Source: Octopus vulgaris (lineage: Eukaryota). From it: a stretch of DNA of 64,000 nt. The notes below the pieces were generated by a model, which searched no databases, was not told the origin of the DNA, and saw only the letters and a list, made by a program, of their open reading frames with translations. The stretch is taken from the NCBI GenBank assembly GCA_951406725.2, contig OX597821.1, positions 88,722,001 to 88,786,000 on the forward strand. The letters are read 5' to 3'. Shown in pieces: positions 26,672-41,683 of this stretch (positions within the stretch are counted from its first letter, which is position 1; each line of letters opens with the position of its first letter). The position numbers and the translations under genes are program-made.

Positions 26672-27139
26672 ATACCTATTTATATATATATCTTAATTAA
26701 AAATACGCGTATACGTGAATACGTGTTTGTACAACTATGCACGCGCTCACACTCACACGAACAAATGTTGGTCATATAGACTATGGTTGATAGAACAATG
26801 CAACACATTGCAGCGTCTCTAAACTGATAATGACATTTTAATTACTTGTCTGGCAAACAATGAAGTCGGTATTACTTTAGCAGCAGACAAAGACTACAAC
26901 CCCGCCACCACCACCACAACGATTACTAATTTTACCACTACTAATATAATTATAACAAAAATAAAACCGACTTCAACATGTGTGAACGTATTTACATAAG
27001 ACGCTGTTCCTGCTCATCATCGCTAGAATGATACACGATTTCCTCCTTCCTCTCATCATTATCATAATTTTCATCATCTCTGTCACCAGTGTTATTTCTA
27101 TTCGGTTTCCTTTCAGCGTCAGTCGCTTATATAAACGAT

Positions 27140-27427
27140 AAACGTCGCCCTTTTTCAAGCCTAGCCAGGCTCATGGGACCTGTTTCCCGGTTTCTTTGGC
27201 GTATGTGTTCTTCCAGCTGGACTGGACGCCGATCCATCGCAGCGTTGCTTAAGAAACAAGAAGAGTTGTGGCGAAAGAGTACAATAGGGGTCGCCACCAC
27301 CCGCTGCCGGAGCACCGTGGAGCTTTTAGGCGTTTTGGCCCAATAAACACACACAATACTCGGGAATCGAAACCGCGATCTTCCGACCGCGAGTCCGCTG
27401 CCCTAACCACTTGGCCATTGCGCCTCC
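27140..27427 (-). mobile_element. tRNA(Arg)-like SINE family D
   Basis: Minus head GGAGGCGCAATGGCCAAGTGGTTAGGGCAGCGGACTCGCGGTC..GGTTTCGATTCCC; TSD-like CAGTCGCTT at 27120-27128 / 27427-27435. Confidence 0.88.
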
Positions 27428-27433
27428 AGTCGC

Positions 27434-27775
<342 letters not shown>

Positions 27776-27809
27776 GGTGAGAGAATATATATATATATAT
27801 ACACATATA

Positions 27810-28067
27810 TACTCTTTTACTTGTTTCAATCCAAGCGATGTTGGGGGAATAAACACTGACACACAAACGTATACACATGCATACATATATATAAACATAT
27901 ATACGACGAGCTTCTTTCAGTTTCCGTCTACCAAATCCACTCACAAGGCTTTGGTCGGCCCGAGGCTATAGTAGAAGACACTTAACCAAGGTGCCACGCA
28001 GTGGAACTGAACCCGGAACCATGTAGTTCGTAAGCAAGCTACTTACCACACAGGCGCTCCCACGCCT
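27810..28067 (-). mobile_element. SINE A with internal deletion in its 3' half
   Basis: Head at 28067, body CAGTTTCCGTCTACCAAATCCACTCACAAGGC, tail TACTCTTTTACTTGTTTCA. Confidence 0.88.
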
Positions 28068-28068
28068 A

Positions 28069-28101
<33 letters not shown>

Positions 28102-28155
28102 ATATACATACACATACATATCCATTATATACATATGTATATATATACATATAGC

Positions 28156-28478
28156 GAAGGTGTGTGACTTAGTGGTTAGGGCATTCGACTCATGATCGTA
28201 AAGTCGTGAGTTCAATTACCGGCGACGTATTGTGCCCTTGAGCAAGATACTCTATTCCACGTTGCTCCAGTTCACTCAGCTGGCAAAACTGAGGTGTACC
28301 TGTATATCAATGGGCCAGCCTTGTCACAATCTGTGTGACTCTGAATCTCCCCGAGAACTATGTTATGGGTACACATGTCTGTGGATTGCTCAGCCACTTA
28401 CACGTTAAATTCCCGAGCAAGCTGTTCCGTTGATCATATCCCCTGGGACCCTCACAGTCGTAACCGACAGAGCCCTCC
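28156..28478 (+). mobile_element. tRNA-derived SINE, family C head/central domain with a third type of tail
   Basis: TGACTTAGTGGTTAGGG, GAGTTCAATTACC, TGTGCCCTTGAGCAAGATAC..CACGTTGCTCCAGTTCACTCAGCTGGCAAAA shared with 7911. Confidence 0.82.
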
Positions 28479-28531
28479 TTAAGAAGAAACTTACATATAC
28501 ATACCCGCGCTTGCTCACACATACGCACACA

Positions 28532-28569
<38 letters not shown>

Positions 28570-29327
28570 AAGTCATGTATGTGTGCGTGTACGCACACGT
28601 GTGTATATACCTAGTATCTCTTTCTTAGTGTTATGGGAAATGTTGTTGGTGAAATTCTTGAAAGTGTGACAATATCTGAAGAACTATTGTCTTGAATTAA
28701 TAATTATTAATTATATTAAGATCTCTTAATTTACACACATACGCACACACGAACACACACACACACATACACACACACACATACAGACACACACACACAC
28801 ACAAATACACATACGGACGCACACATGCTCGGGCGCGACCGTGCATGTAACAAAATGTGGTAATCTTTGACGGGAGACGTTTGAGTTACTTGAAATCATT
28901 CAAGAAGCGGAAGGAATGAAATCTTAAATTTAATATAAATTGCAAAACAAAAAGTTCTCATTTACTGCATCGCATACCCAAAGAAGCAACGCAAATTTTT
29001 TCAGCCAAAAAGGATAAAAAATCATAGATCAGTTTATAATGCATAACCAAGAAGCAAGCCTATTAAATAAGGTACCATTTATTTAGTGTATCCCTTACAC
29101 TGTTCTAAATTAAACATCGAGCTGTATTTATGCGAACGCTCTATCTGGTACAAATAGCAAACAATTTCCGCTCATCTCACCGGCTACCATTAAAAAGTCA
29201 CAATTTGAATACTTATTTTTTTTTTAATCCTGCAATAGTCGAAACGAAATGAAATAATTGATGACGTTTAAAACTTTGATCGAATAGCCTAAATGATAAT
29301 AATGATAGCAATTCAATATTGAAATGT

Positions 29328-29628
29328 TGTAGTTGTTTGTTCCTTCTCGAGTCACGCCTGGCTCGTAAGTGCCGGTTTCCCGGTTTCCTTGGCGTATAGA
29401 TTCCCCACTTGGACGGCACGCCAGTCCGTCGCAGGTGAGCCGCAAGATGCAGGAGGAAAGAGTGAGAGAAAGTTGTTGCAAAAGAGTCAGCAGAAGTTTG
29501 CCATTACCTTCTGCCGGAGCCGCGTGGAGCTTAGGTGTTTCGCTCATAAACGCAAACATCGCCTGGTCTGAGATTCGAACCCACGATCCCTCGACCGCTG
29601 CTCTAACCACTAGGTCATGTGCCTCCAC
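29328..29628 (-). mobile_element. tRNA-derived SINE family D
   Basis: Head TGGAGGCACATGACCTAGTGGTTAGAGCAGCGG..GGGTTCGAATCTC; perfect 12-bp TSD ATATTGAAATGT (29316-29327 / 29629-29640). Confidence 0.9.
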
Positions 29629-30440
29629 ATATTGAAATGTATAACATTTTATATTATTTTTATAACCCTAGAGTGCAATATAAATTCATTATAATATCTA
29701 TTTACATACGTTTATATTCTGAGTTCAAATTCTAGCAAGGTCAGTTTTACCTTTACATATTAAAAAATCGGGAAACTAGTAATATATTTTCTCAGTTGAA
29801 TTCCTACTATTCACAACAGAGGCAAAATGAAATGCCACTTGCTATTTCTCCACTAATACAAATACAAATCCCTTTTATTGAGGTAAGTGCAAAAATACTT
29901 CCCTCACTGTTTATTACTCAGGCAAAGAAAGAGGTGATCATATCTAAGCTCATGAATATTAATGTGTAATCCTTGTCGGTCTAGATCCTGTTTTGAAATG
30001 TACGAACGTAGCCAGGGGTTGTAGGTTAACAAAGATAATTCTTGAAAAACTTTTTTTAAAAGTATATATGGAGTATATCATAACGTCATAAGTATACTGT
30101 GACAATAACATTACGACGAAGTTATCTCAACGTAGTCGCTTGTCTTGTCAGAAATACCAACCAAATCCGCTGAAATCATATCCCACAAGTTTCGAAAACA
30201 TAAAGAAGCATACATTGGATATTATAATCCTGGTACACTGACTAGAAAAAGAAGCGAGACAACCTATGCATCACCGATATTGCCTTAAGGTGTCCATTCG
30301 GTTTGCTAGAAAGGGAAGCCAACTTTCCTGAAATCATATACATCGTCTTAAAAATTTAAACTTAATTACGCCCAAGAGAAGCTATTGACGGTTGCAATGC
30401 TTTCATAATGGGCTTTCAACATCAACTATAAAATATTTAG

Positions 30441-30800
30441 CTTTTACTTGTTTCAGTCATTGAAGTGCGGCCATGCTGGAGTACTACTTTGGACGGTTTT
30501 AGTTGAGCTAATCTACCCCAGTACATATTTGTTAAGCCTGGTGCATATTCTGTCGGTATATTTACTGAACCGCAAGGACTCTGGGGGTAAACAAAACATC
30601 ACAGGTTGTCAACTGGCGGTGTAGGACTGACAAAAAAATAAAATCATGCACAAACATCCCCATATACATGTATATATATGTATGTATATTTTAATACGGC
30701 GGATTTCTTTCCTTTTCCGTCTACCAAATACACCCATGAGACGTTGGTCAGCCTGGGGCTAGAGTAGAAATCACTTGCCCAAGGTACTACATGGTAAAAC
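30441..30800 (-). mobile_element. Degenerate SINE A
   Basis: CTTTTACTTGTTTCAGTCATTG..GCGGCCATGCTGGAG tail and TTTCCGTCTACCAAAT body. Confidence 0.8.
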
Positions 30801-31554
30801 TCTATTTGGAAGTTGTGCTTATGAATATAAGGACCAACAATTACTTCAGCATATATTTTTACTATTCCAAATATAATGGGCTTAAAAAATAACACATCAC
30901 CTACAACATACACTTTAAATTATAAATTGCACTTGTAAATATATTCAAGACTAGGTGTTAAATGCCGGAATATGAAATATCAAAGAGCTGATAAATCAGG
31001 ACTGACTCGAAAGACGGACGATGACAAGAAGAAACGATCTTCTAATTAAACATTATTGTTAATGAAAATTGTCACCAGAAGAATAGCAGCATCTACGTCA
31101 TGCACCATCTGTTCTAGACTGATAAATCTGAAGCGGCTAATGGCCAGCACAGACGTCATTGGGAAGGAACTAGAAGTTTTCTCATATAATTTGCAAAAGA
31201 ATAAACTCGATCAAAGGAAATTTATACCTAGTAGATAGTGACGTGTTCAAGCTAACTTTGTAAAAGTTTCGAAGTCAAATATACTAATTACCCATAAACA
31301 CTATAATTAATTAAGGGGAAATCAACGTAGAATGACTCGTTCACAGTTTATTAACACTATCATTGGCATGGCATCATTTTCATTTTCTTGGTATCTTCAT
31401 CATTATACCTAGGATTTTTCTGCTTTTTAAAATTCTTAAAGACTTTTTTGTAACTCATGAAAGGTGTTATTTGTTAAAGTATAAATTGTAATTATCCATG
31501 TAATAGCATTGTTAATATTAAGAATGTAATTATTTTCATTCTTATAGTCAAAGC

Positions 31555-31752
31555 AGAGAGCTGGCAAGGTCGTTAGCAAGTTGAGCAAAATCTGTAGTGA
31601 ATCTTCACGTTCTGAATTCCACCTAGGAAGTAGACTTTGTCTTTCATCCTTTCGGGGTTGATGAAATAAAGTACCAGTCAAGTACTGAGGTTGAAGTAAC
31701 TGACTATCCGATTCACCTAAAAATATATGTTTTATGCCAAAATTTGAAACCG
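31555..31752 (+). mobile_element. Degenerate SINE B
   Basis: GAGCTGGCAAGGTCGTTAGCA..CTTTCATCCTTTCGGGGTTGATGAAATAAAGTACCAG. Confidence 0.75.
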
Positions 31753-32279
31753 TTATCATTTCAATAATTCAGTTGAGGCGTGACGAACAGGATCAATAGA
31801 TAAAACTATATTTTGCGACCAATAAAATTATGGAAAGTGAGTTTGATGTTGATATTTTTCAGAGATCACAGTAATAGTGGGGAATGAGACACAAGACGGT
31901 ATCTTTTAATGAGGGAATTTTGTTTGTGTAATATTAGTGTGCAAACATAGCATCTCGCCTCTAAACATATTTACAAAGTATATTTACTTAATATTCTAAT
32001 TATAAAATTAAACGAGTCATATTTTATGGATCCTATGAGCTGATGACTTTGTAAATAATTTTAAGCTTCGTCATGTTTTGTTGTTAAAATGGCAACACAG
32101 TTTTATAAATTATGCAGCGACGAGTCCTTCATTTATTTTACGTCCAGATATTGTGACATCATGCCAAATATTAACTTGACAAGGCATCAGACTACCAGAC
32201 AGAATATCTGTGCCCTACAATCTAACTCGAATGCTACTTTAGGCGAAAGAGTTGCAGAAGTGTTACTGAAATGCAACAT

Positions 32280-32446
32280 AGGCGCAGGAGTGGCTGTGTG
32301 GTAAGTAGCTTGCTAACCAACCACATGGTTCCGGGTTCAGTTCCACTGCGTGGCATCTTGGGCAAGTGTCTTCTGCTATAGCCCCTGGGCCGACCAATGC
32401 CTTGTGAGTGGATTTGGTAGACGGAAACTGAAAGAAGCCTGTTGTA

Positions 32447-32499
<53 letters not shown>

Positions 32500-32708
32500 T
32501 TGTGTGTCTGTGTTTGTCCCACTAGCATTGCTTGACAACCGATGCTGGTGTGTTTACGTCCCCGTCACTTAGCGGTTCGGCAAAAGAGACCGATAGAATA
32601 AGTACTGGGCTTACAAAGAATAAGTCCCGGGGTCGATTTGCCCGACTAAAGGCGGTACTCCAGCATGGCCGCAGTCAAATGATTGAAAAAAGTAAAAGAG
32701 TAAGAGTA
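32280..32708 (+). mobile_element. SINE A, full length, young
   Basis: Nearly identical to 1299-1711, including shared diagnostic variants. Confidence 0.92.
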
Positions 32709-34538
32709 TACGAAAATATATGTGTTATAATAAGAAATAGTTATAATATAAAATAATGAGGATTATATTTTTTTCTGTGTAAGTTCAATTCCTCAGGTGG
32801 ATATTGCAGTGGAGCAGGTTCTGCAAGACTAACTGCTGGCGATGTACCAGATTATGGTGGATCATGGAGTGAATCTCTAATAAACAAACGCATAATGGGA
32901 TTGATGAAACCTTAGAGTTTCATAGAGTGTCACAGAGAAGAATGCATCAGAGTTTACAAATTAGAACCTTCATATCTGTTGTGCACACAAATTTATAGTT
33001 TTTTTTTCACTTCTGAAAGCATCTCAGTCTTGGGAGTAGCTAAAGTCAGTGTGGCTCCATCGTTTAAAATATAAAGCGTTACAGCCAGGGAGATCTCTCT
33101 GTATAATGATCTCACACAGACATTCTAGGAGGAAGCTCTAGGAGAGGAGAAACACCTTCAAATCTAGCAAACATATACCTAAAAAAAATCATTGTCCAGG
33201 GTATATATAAAAGGAAATCTAAAGAAATTCTAACTTTCATATTGATACTTCGCGGGGTTCATAGAAAGGCTTGAATGTAACGCAAATCATCAAAGATCAC
33301 ATCCATACTCCCATGCTCTTCCTGTTCTATACATAGTACCTATTTAGTACCGGATCTCGAAGTACGATAGCAAAGGTTATGTGATGTTGTAATGGGCATA
33401 TGTTGATAACGACAATTATCCTTTTAGGGAAAAATAATCTCCTTTCAGGCAGCATTGAAAGATAGTGCTCAGATTGTATATAATAAAATCCAGCTCACAA
33501 TGGTCAAAACAAACTACACCGCTACATAATGAGAAGGCAAAACAAAAATCTACCCTATACTAAAATGTTACATACAGTTCTTGAACAACGGTTTGTATAT
33601 TATACATCTCTCACACGAACACTGACACATGTATAAAGTGAAGTATACATTGCAAGAATATTATTAAGGAAATTCTAAAGATGTAAATGTTTCCCATTCT
33701 TCATGATGTTATGACGTTGCTAACAGTCATGTGGGCAACTTACTAGATAGTTTGTATTGAATTAGTAGCTAAACTGCAATGTTGCTATTTCAGGTCCGTT
33801 ATTTTCTTTGGCCTATACATAATTAGACTAAGTACTTCGGCAATATTTATGCATTTTATATTTTATAGGATATATTCTCATTCTATTCTCATTTTATTTT
33901 ACTTTTATTTCAAAATGTTTTCTAGTCTTTGTATTTTATTTTTGGATACATTTATCTGAATTCATCTGAGTATTCCAATAAATTCGTATATGTGTTTATT
34001 GGTGTGTAGTTCTGCTTAAAATTATATGAAACCTCTTTTGATATTCAATTGTAAATCATCTAAATAGCAGCTTTATATTGAAAAAAAATAAGAAACGAAA
34101 AAGAACAAGAAAAAGTTATGCGAATCTTAATGTTTGTTCCAAAAAGCTATCTTAATATCCACTAAGCTGATTAAATATATTATAGTGTAACAAGACTTCT
34201 CAAACTATCTATAATAAGATTAACTGAGAAAACCTCCACCAACTACTATTGTTTTATCATATAGCACTTAACATGAATTGATTGAATTGCAGTAAGATGT
34301 AAACTATAATAACTTAATAAGGACGAGGGAATTCTGATAATAATGCTAATGATGATAATGATATCGTCATTATTAAGACCTTAAATTGCTTCAACGTAAC
34401 ACTTTTCTAAGGCGCTGGAGATATACTACCAGTAGAGATATCCCACGTCTGGAAGAGATGAAGCTGAATTTTCTTGTGACATTTATATACACACAAGCAC
34501 TCTCACGCGTGTGCGTGCACACATACATAAATACACAT

Positions 34539-34581
<43 letters not shown>

Positions 34582-34689
34582 GGGAAATATGATGACTGGT
34601 GACACACTTGTTCAACGTATACGTTCTTGTCTAGGAATCTCGTAGATGTGCTAGCCTCGATGCATGTCTCGTATATCAATTTGTATCAC

Positions 34690-34960
34690 CCCAGTTTCGA
34701 TTTTAGCGGATGTTGGCCGCACATGACCGGCGAAATCTAGCCCTTTCCCCAAAAGCGGAATACAATACTTTCAAATTTAGGCATATCTTTTCTAGGACAA
34801 ACTAAGACGGGTGGTCAATATAAAGACAGGTTGCACACAACGTTGCAATGAGGATAGCCATCTTTCTCACAACATCAAGAATGTTTTATACATCAAATGA
34901 TATGGTTTCAAGTAGATCCCAAACGCTTTAACCAGACCTTAGATTCAGGGACAGTAGAGC
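34690..34960 (-). mobile_element. Possible decayed RTE-clade LINE fragment
   Basis: KRLGST, RCVQPVF and LDFAGHVR occur in the order of the RTE motifs KYLGS / CV.SVLLYG / LRWAGHV.R. Confidence 0.3.
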
Positions 34961-35314
34961 ACTCATTTATCGCATCTAATGCATGCTCCTGTTACTTTCT
35001 GGTACATTGATTGGCGGTTTTAACACGGCCTTGCGTGTAGAGTTTATTCCGATAAGGCAATACTCCTTTGAAGCATTTTCAGATCAAGCATATTTGGAAA
35101 TTAGTCAGAATACTCGATCTGAAGGTCTTCTATGAATGGCTCAGACCTTTCTCGTCGATTCTCCGAAAAGGTGATCATCCTGAGTTTCGATGTCTTCGAT
35201 ACCATAGCAGTATAATAACAAATACAAACTGTATCTTCTATGGCATCAAGGTACCTCATAGATAGCGAAAACGGAACCTGTAATACAGTTTATTCTGCTC
35301 TGAATTTATTATAG

Positions 35315-35528
35315 TTCTTTTCTACTCTAAGCACAAGGCCCGAATTTTTTTGGAAAGGAGCCAGTCGATTAGATCGACTCCAGTACGCAACTGCTACTTA
35401 AATTATTCACCCCGAAAGGATGAAAAGTAAAGTCGACCTCAGCAGAATTTGAACCCAGAACGTAACGACAGACGAAACAACGCTAAGCATTTCGCCGGGC
35501 GTTGTAACGTTTCTACCAGTTCGCCACT
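35315..35528 (-). mobile_element. SINE B (type-2 tail)
   Basis: CCCGAAAGGATGAAAAGTAAAGTCGACCTCAGCAGAATTTGAAC; tail TCTACTCTAAGCACAAGGCCCGAATTTT. Confidence 0.85.
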
Positions 35529-36474
35529 TTAATTTATCAGAATTCTAAGAAAGACGTACTGGTCCTTTCTGATATGTATCACTTGAGGTGAAATTGCCGA
35601 ATTTAACACATTTTTTTTTACTCCGATTAAACCACTGGCGTTAAGTACCAAAATCTTGTTGAGGAACTTAAACAGAATCTATGTGAAACAAAGAATGTAA
35701 AATATTCCAAGTCTATCATCAGTTTTAATACATAACTGTCAAGACATTAGTGATAAAGTTTGGCTTGAAACAGTAAAGATCGTAGGGTATACGATCAAGA
35801 CCCAGTGATATATCAGCTAAGTTCAAATCCCACCTAGACCAAAATTATTTTTCATCCGCTTGTTGTTAGATAAATAACGTACCAGTCAAGTACTGTAACT
35901 AAGCTGTCTCATCCTCCCTCTCAAACGCTTTCTCCAATTCTCTCGCATTCTCCTCTCTCGCTTTCTCTCGCTTTCTCTCGCTTTCTCTCTTTCTCTCTCT
36001 CTCTGGGTCATATATGTGAATGGGCTAAAAAAATGTGGCACATCTCATGCCACCCCAATATTTTCATTACTATCCAATAGAGGCAACCACGCCAACCACA
36101 AATAATTAATTTATGACTCATACTGTTCAAAGATACAGAATAAATAAATATATGTAATCTTCTACAACGATGTGCTCAAAAGTACAATTATTGCCAACCT
36201 AAGCACCCACCCACACACACATACACACACTAACACACATACATCTATGTATGTATATTAGTGGATAGGTAAGTATGTAGGTATGTGTTAGTATTTGTGT
36301 ATGTGTTCGTATGTTAGATAGGTTTATAAACAGAAACACAGAGAATGACCACATAGATATTGAGATAATAGAATCTAAGTAAAAATAATCTTTACTTCAA
36401 AGGATGAAATTATTCTAAGTGTACATAGATTCATAAGCATAGGCGCAGCACATTTATGCACATACTCATTTACG

Positions 36475-36527
<53 letters not shown>

Positions 36528-36853
36528 ACACACACACACACACGAACACATACACACAATATTATGCTAAGAGCTTTTGCCAAGCAATCATCGGTATAAC
36601 AGTTTTTCATATATATATATATATAAGCCTAGTTCGATTTATCATGTAAATTCCTCTCTATTGCGTTATAGGTTACATTATGTTATACACAGTACTGCTC
36701 ATTATATATAAATATTGCTGATTGTTATTCATTTTCACTGGTCTGTGAACGATTAAATACCTAAAATTATATGTTTAATGAATAGGAAAAAAAAATACGA
36801 CGTGATTGCCATTCAGAACACACAGACCGCTACCTTCACTTAAACATTTATTT

Positions 36854-36975
36854 GTAATATGGTGACAAAATTTTCGTTGCTCAAACCTCGAACTCTTCCT
36901 TGGCAAAAAGTTTTCTGTTTCTCCTCAGTGAACCGGTCGCAGTTTCGAGCGACGAAAAATCCGTCGCCATATTAC
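36854..36975. repeat. Small imperfect inverted repeat (~35-bp arms), MITE-like hairpin
   Basis: GTAATATGGTGACAAAATTTTCGTTGCTCAAA vs TTTCGAGCGACGAAAAATCCGTCGCCATATTAC. Confidence 0.7.
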
Positions 36976-36980
36976 CAATA

Positions 36981-38277
36981 CGAGGGTTACCCAAAAGAAA
37001 ACGTAATTTTTGCAATATTATTTTATTCACTTCGATGTACATGTTTGCACTTTTATCGCCTTCAAAGTATTCTCCATTTGAAGCAGTGCATCGGTCCGGA
37101 CGAGTTTTCCACTTTTCGAAGCAGTCCTGGAACTCTTGTGAAGTGATTCTTTTTAACGCCTCTGTCGTCTTTTCCTCCACCTCTTCCACATCTGCAAAGC
37201 GACTTTTCTTATTCGTGGCACAAAAAGCAGTCGCAGAGAACAAGATCGGGCAAATAGGGAGAGTGGGTAAGCGATATATTACCATTTTTGGTCAAAAACT
37301 GTCTCACACGCAAGGTGGTGTGATTAGGTGCATTGTCGTGATGAAACGACCACTCCCCTTTTGCCACAGGTTGGAGCCTTTTCGTTTCATCGCGTCTTGC
37401 AAACGCTTCAGAGCTGCCAAGTAAAATGCCTCGTTAACAATTTGACCAAGAGGAACAAATTGTTAGCGGACAATTCCTTTCACATTGATGAGACATATCA
37501 ACATCAAGTTCACGTTGGACTTGGCGGGGTTTTTGGGGGCCGTGGTGACCTCGAATGATTCCATTGACTTGCTTGCTGCTTCGTTTCCAGGTTGTAGCTG
37601 TGACACCAGCTTTCGTCACCTGTAATGACCTTCGAAAAATCGTCCGGGTCAACTTCCAACTGCCTTTTCACTTCAATACAGGCATTCAGTCGTGACTGCT
37701 TTTGTTCTTCCGCTTTTTTTTTTTCATATTTTTCTTCCGCTCTATTTATTCGCAATTCCTAGCTCAAAATTCGTTGGCATGAGCTCAAGAACACACTAGT
37801 CATGTCAACAAGTTTGTCAATTGGTCGGGTGACGATCCTCAAAGATCAATTCATCAATTTTCATAATGTTTCATTCGTTTGCGAGGTCGACGGTCGTTCA
37901 GAACGAGGTCAGTTTTCAAATGACAAGTGACGATTCTTTAAACGTGGAAACCACTTGTAAACTTTCTTTTGCTCAAGGCAGCTTCCTTGTAAGCTGTTTG
38001 AAGAATAAACACTGCTTCAGCCGTCGTTTTCCTCAGCAGAAATCAGAATTTCACTAAAGCACGCTGTTCCTTCGTTTCAACCATCGCAAAAATCGACAAA
38101 CAGAGGAGAAAGACTGCAAAACAAAGATGCACCACATAGCACTATAATGTCCGGACGATACAGGTCGTCACACTGAGGCTTGAGGGTTGCATCAAGTGAC
38201 ATGTAGCGGCTGAAGCCCGAACTAGAACGAGCTTCTTCCACAGAGAACATTTTCGGTTACGTTTGGGTACCCTTTCG
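36981..38277 (-). mobile_element. Mariner-like DNA transposon, ~1.3 kb, decayed transposase
   Basis: KVITGDESWCHSYNLETKQQASQW, HHDNAPNH, HSPYLPDLVLCD and FQDCFEKWK.R..RC..SNGEYFEG motifs; degenerate TIRs CGAGGGTTACCCAAAAG.. / ..GTTTGGGTACCCTTTCG; TA at the left end. Confidence 0.9.
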
Positions 38278-39289
38278 CAAATATTTAAGTAAAGGTGACG
38301 GTCTTTGTGTGTTTTTGAATGCTTAACTAATGTTTTTCAGCTAATTCGCATTAGTTTCAGCAAAACATTTCGCATCAAAATACTAGCTATGCAAGTATAT
38401 CTCCACAGTAAAAAAAAAAAAAGAAACTATATCCAAATGCGAATGGAGATATAAGGTTTATAAAACTGTAAGGTACCGATAAATATAATCTCTTAGACTA
38501 CACGAAGGGAAGTCACTATTTAAACAAGTGTAGAGTGATAAAAAGACGGTGATTCTTCTGAATTACTTAACTAGGGCTTTCATGTATCATGAGGTAATCT
38601 TCCCAAGCTAATCTTCTAATGAATCACAAATTACATATCGAAGACTCAATATATTATGTAACTTTCTGAGAGATACTCAGTTGGAGGATCAATATTGAAC
38701 TATTTCTGTATAGTATGTATCTCTTGATGACCTTCCCAATGATATCAGAAGCTGTATCGTATTCTTTCAAACACCAGATGTAAGTAGAGTGTTTAGTTTC
38801 ATTCCATTTTTCATATACTTTTGAAGGAAGATGTATGGACAGAATAGAGGTATATGTGTGGTCTATTACTGGATTTTATATTACATATGTTCTAAGTGTT
38901 TACTAAACTAGAAACTAGTTAATTGAGTTGTGAACTTCACAAAACAGCTTTTAAATAAAGCTATATAGCAGCATTGGGAAAAAATTGTCGTCTTTGCAAA
39001 GTTGTATTTGACTGAAGATGTCTGCTGAAAGAATCCGGTAACAAGATTCGGTAACAAATACAAATAGTAAGAAAGACGTAAACAACGACAATAAAAAGGA
39101 AAGAGAGAGCAGAGAAAAGGAAATAAGAATGCTATAAAAATATGAAGCGAGTAAAGAAATATGAGAATGCCGAGTGTTATTATATGGAAAAAAAAAGATA
39201 TGTATGTGCAGTGTTTATACATACATACATGTATGCATGCATGCATAGATACATACATGCAGGTATACATACATATGTATACACACACA

Positions 39290-39337
39290 TACATATATAT
39301 ATATATACATATATATATGTATATATAAGTGTGTATA

Positions 39338-39387
<50 letters not shown>

Positions 39388-39417
39388 TATATATATATAT
39401 ATATGTATATGTATATG

Positions 39418-39453
<36 letters not shown>

Positions 39454-39512
39454 ATCTATCTATCTATCTATCTATATATATATATATATATATATATCTA
39501 TAGATATGTATG

Positions 39513-39565
<53 letters not shown>
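39290..39565. repeat. Compound (TA)n/(TCTA)n microsatellite
   Basis: Direct inspection. Confidence 0.95.
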
Positions 39566-39566
<1 letters not shown>

Positions 39567-41683
39567 CTATATTATATATACATATACCCATAAATATATG
39601 TATGCATACATATATGTCTACTAATATGTATTCGTGTATGTGTGTTTATATACTAAAAATCTATGTATACCTACATAAATCTTCTCTAAGAATATATATA
39701 TATATACATCTATATCACTTGCATATGTATGTGCGTCTGCGTGTATATATGTAAGGACAGCTATGTGTGTCATATTCATATTAATATAACATGCTTACAT
39801 TCATAAGCGCATACTTAGAAACGTCGCCACTCTATTCTCAAATATTCTCTCTCTCTCTCTCTCCACACCCATCTGTCTCTATACACAGATATATGAATAT
39901 GCGTATGTCTTCTTTTGTGTTTGTATATTTGAACGTAAGTATGAATGTATATTTGTATGTATATACGGACACATACACTCATTCATACTTCTATACAATA
40001 TACACAGCTATATTGAAAAACTCCCTAATGCATTCTGAGGAATTTCTTGCATTGATGGTTCCTTTTCATGACGTTCAATTATCATTAACGTCTACAGAAG
40101 AGGCATTCTGATTTCTTCGTTGATGACAATGGTTCGATGGAATCTGCTAATGCAATAAGTACTTATTATAGACACATCGATGTATCAGTCTAAATGAGTC
40201 GAATAAAACCTCCATCCGATATAATCTGTATATTAGGCCATTTAAAGACTTCGCAAATCCACCGTCTCACCGCCACTGCAATCACTAACTCGAAATCACC
40301 ACTACCACCCACACTTTCTACCATCGCCAGCGCCATCACCTCCACCGCCACCACTACCACAACTACTGCCAATACCAATATTAGCAATAACAACAACAAC
40401 AACAACAACACCAACTATAAAAGCGCCGACAACAAGAACATCAGCATCGCCAACCGCTATTACTACTTCAGTAAATATCCATTGTCCATTGTTCGTCTTT
40501 GTTGGCGTTATGTATTTCTGTCGTCATCGTGAATATCATATTAATAATAATAATAATAATAATGATAATAATAATAATAATAACTATGTCCATCAACATC
40601 ATCTTCAGTATTATTAACATATTACCCATTAGGCATCAGCATCGTTGTCAGCTTTATATTCAACACTGCCATAGATGATGTAGCCACGTTTACTGAAATA
40701 GTGCTTTTATGTCTGTCCATTGCAGACTGATACGTAACCCATGCCCTACTTTCAGATAATACTGTACAACATAATACGTCTCCAGCGAGCAGCATATTAG
40801 AATGGCTAGAAATAGCAGCTAAATTCTCTTCAAATAACATCGTGCCATTCCATAAACAGAAGAACACATTAGAGAGTATGATCTTCATAAAGTTCTGGGG
40901 CACTCCACCTAATTTTAAAGCAAATTAAATTTTCCTGTATGGTGAAGTGTTATTTCTTAGGAATTTAGCTGCCCTTTTTACCATTTCCAATGACCACGTA
41001 GAAGCCTCCTAATTAGGTAGTGAAATCAAGGAGAAGCGTTCTCAGTAGTTATAGCGAACCCGCTAAATATGGCAGTCAGACGTCCTTCTTAACTTCTTTA
41101 AGATACAGAACATATAGCTTAACCCTTCCATGACGGGATATCATCTCCCACAATAAAGGATCATTTATTTAATTAAAGTATTAATTTAATGCTATTTTGA
41201 GGAGCTAGTCATTAGGGGTCTAAAGGGCACACTATCAAACGTCAAATGAAACGTCGTCTATATGTTGTTATATTTTTTGTTAATATTGTTGCTGTTTACC
41301 CAAAGGTCAACACACACCGAGTTGACCTCTGATCCAACAATGACAATTCTTCATATTTTTATATCAGTTACTACATCGACTGTGTATATTTAAGATTTGT
41401 AATTCAAAGATTTCCATTCAATTTCTAGCAAATCATACAACTACATGGTCTACTTTGTTGGCTCAGGTGTTTCTGAAATGCATTACGATTTCTTTGGTAC
41501 CATAGGCAGCCCTTTCTCAAATAAAGCAGAACATTCTTCACAGATTTTATTTATTACTTTTTAAAGCGCTCTGAATCTTGAGATATGCAACGCAATATGT
41601 TTTTGATAGCATGAGAGTAAATGCTCGCCAAATTCAGTGGCATTCATTTTATCAAGACAGGGAAAATAACCACCTATGAGTGA

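Noticed and set aside
27360-27427. tRNA gene candidates (also 7911, 29570, 2940, 1300)
   Set aside because: tRNA-like heads continue into SINE bodies with tails and, in several cases, TSDs; no complete cloverleaf
30140-30360. Old repeat with CTAGAAATAGCAGCCAAAT-like motif (also ~40805, 40965, 49370)
   Set aside because: Too degenerate to define boundaries or class by eye
32797-32915. Possible exon after TCCTCAG (GYCSGAGSARL...)
   Set aside because: Weak polypyrimidine tract, no convincing donor site, no recognisable protein
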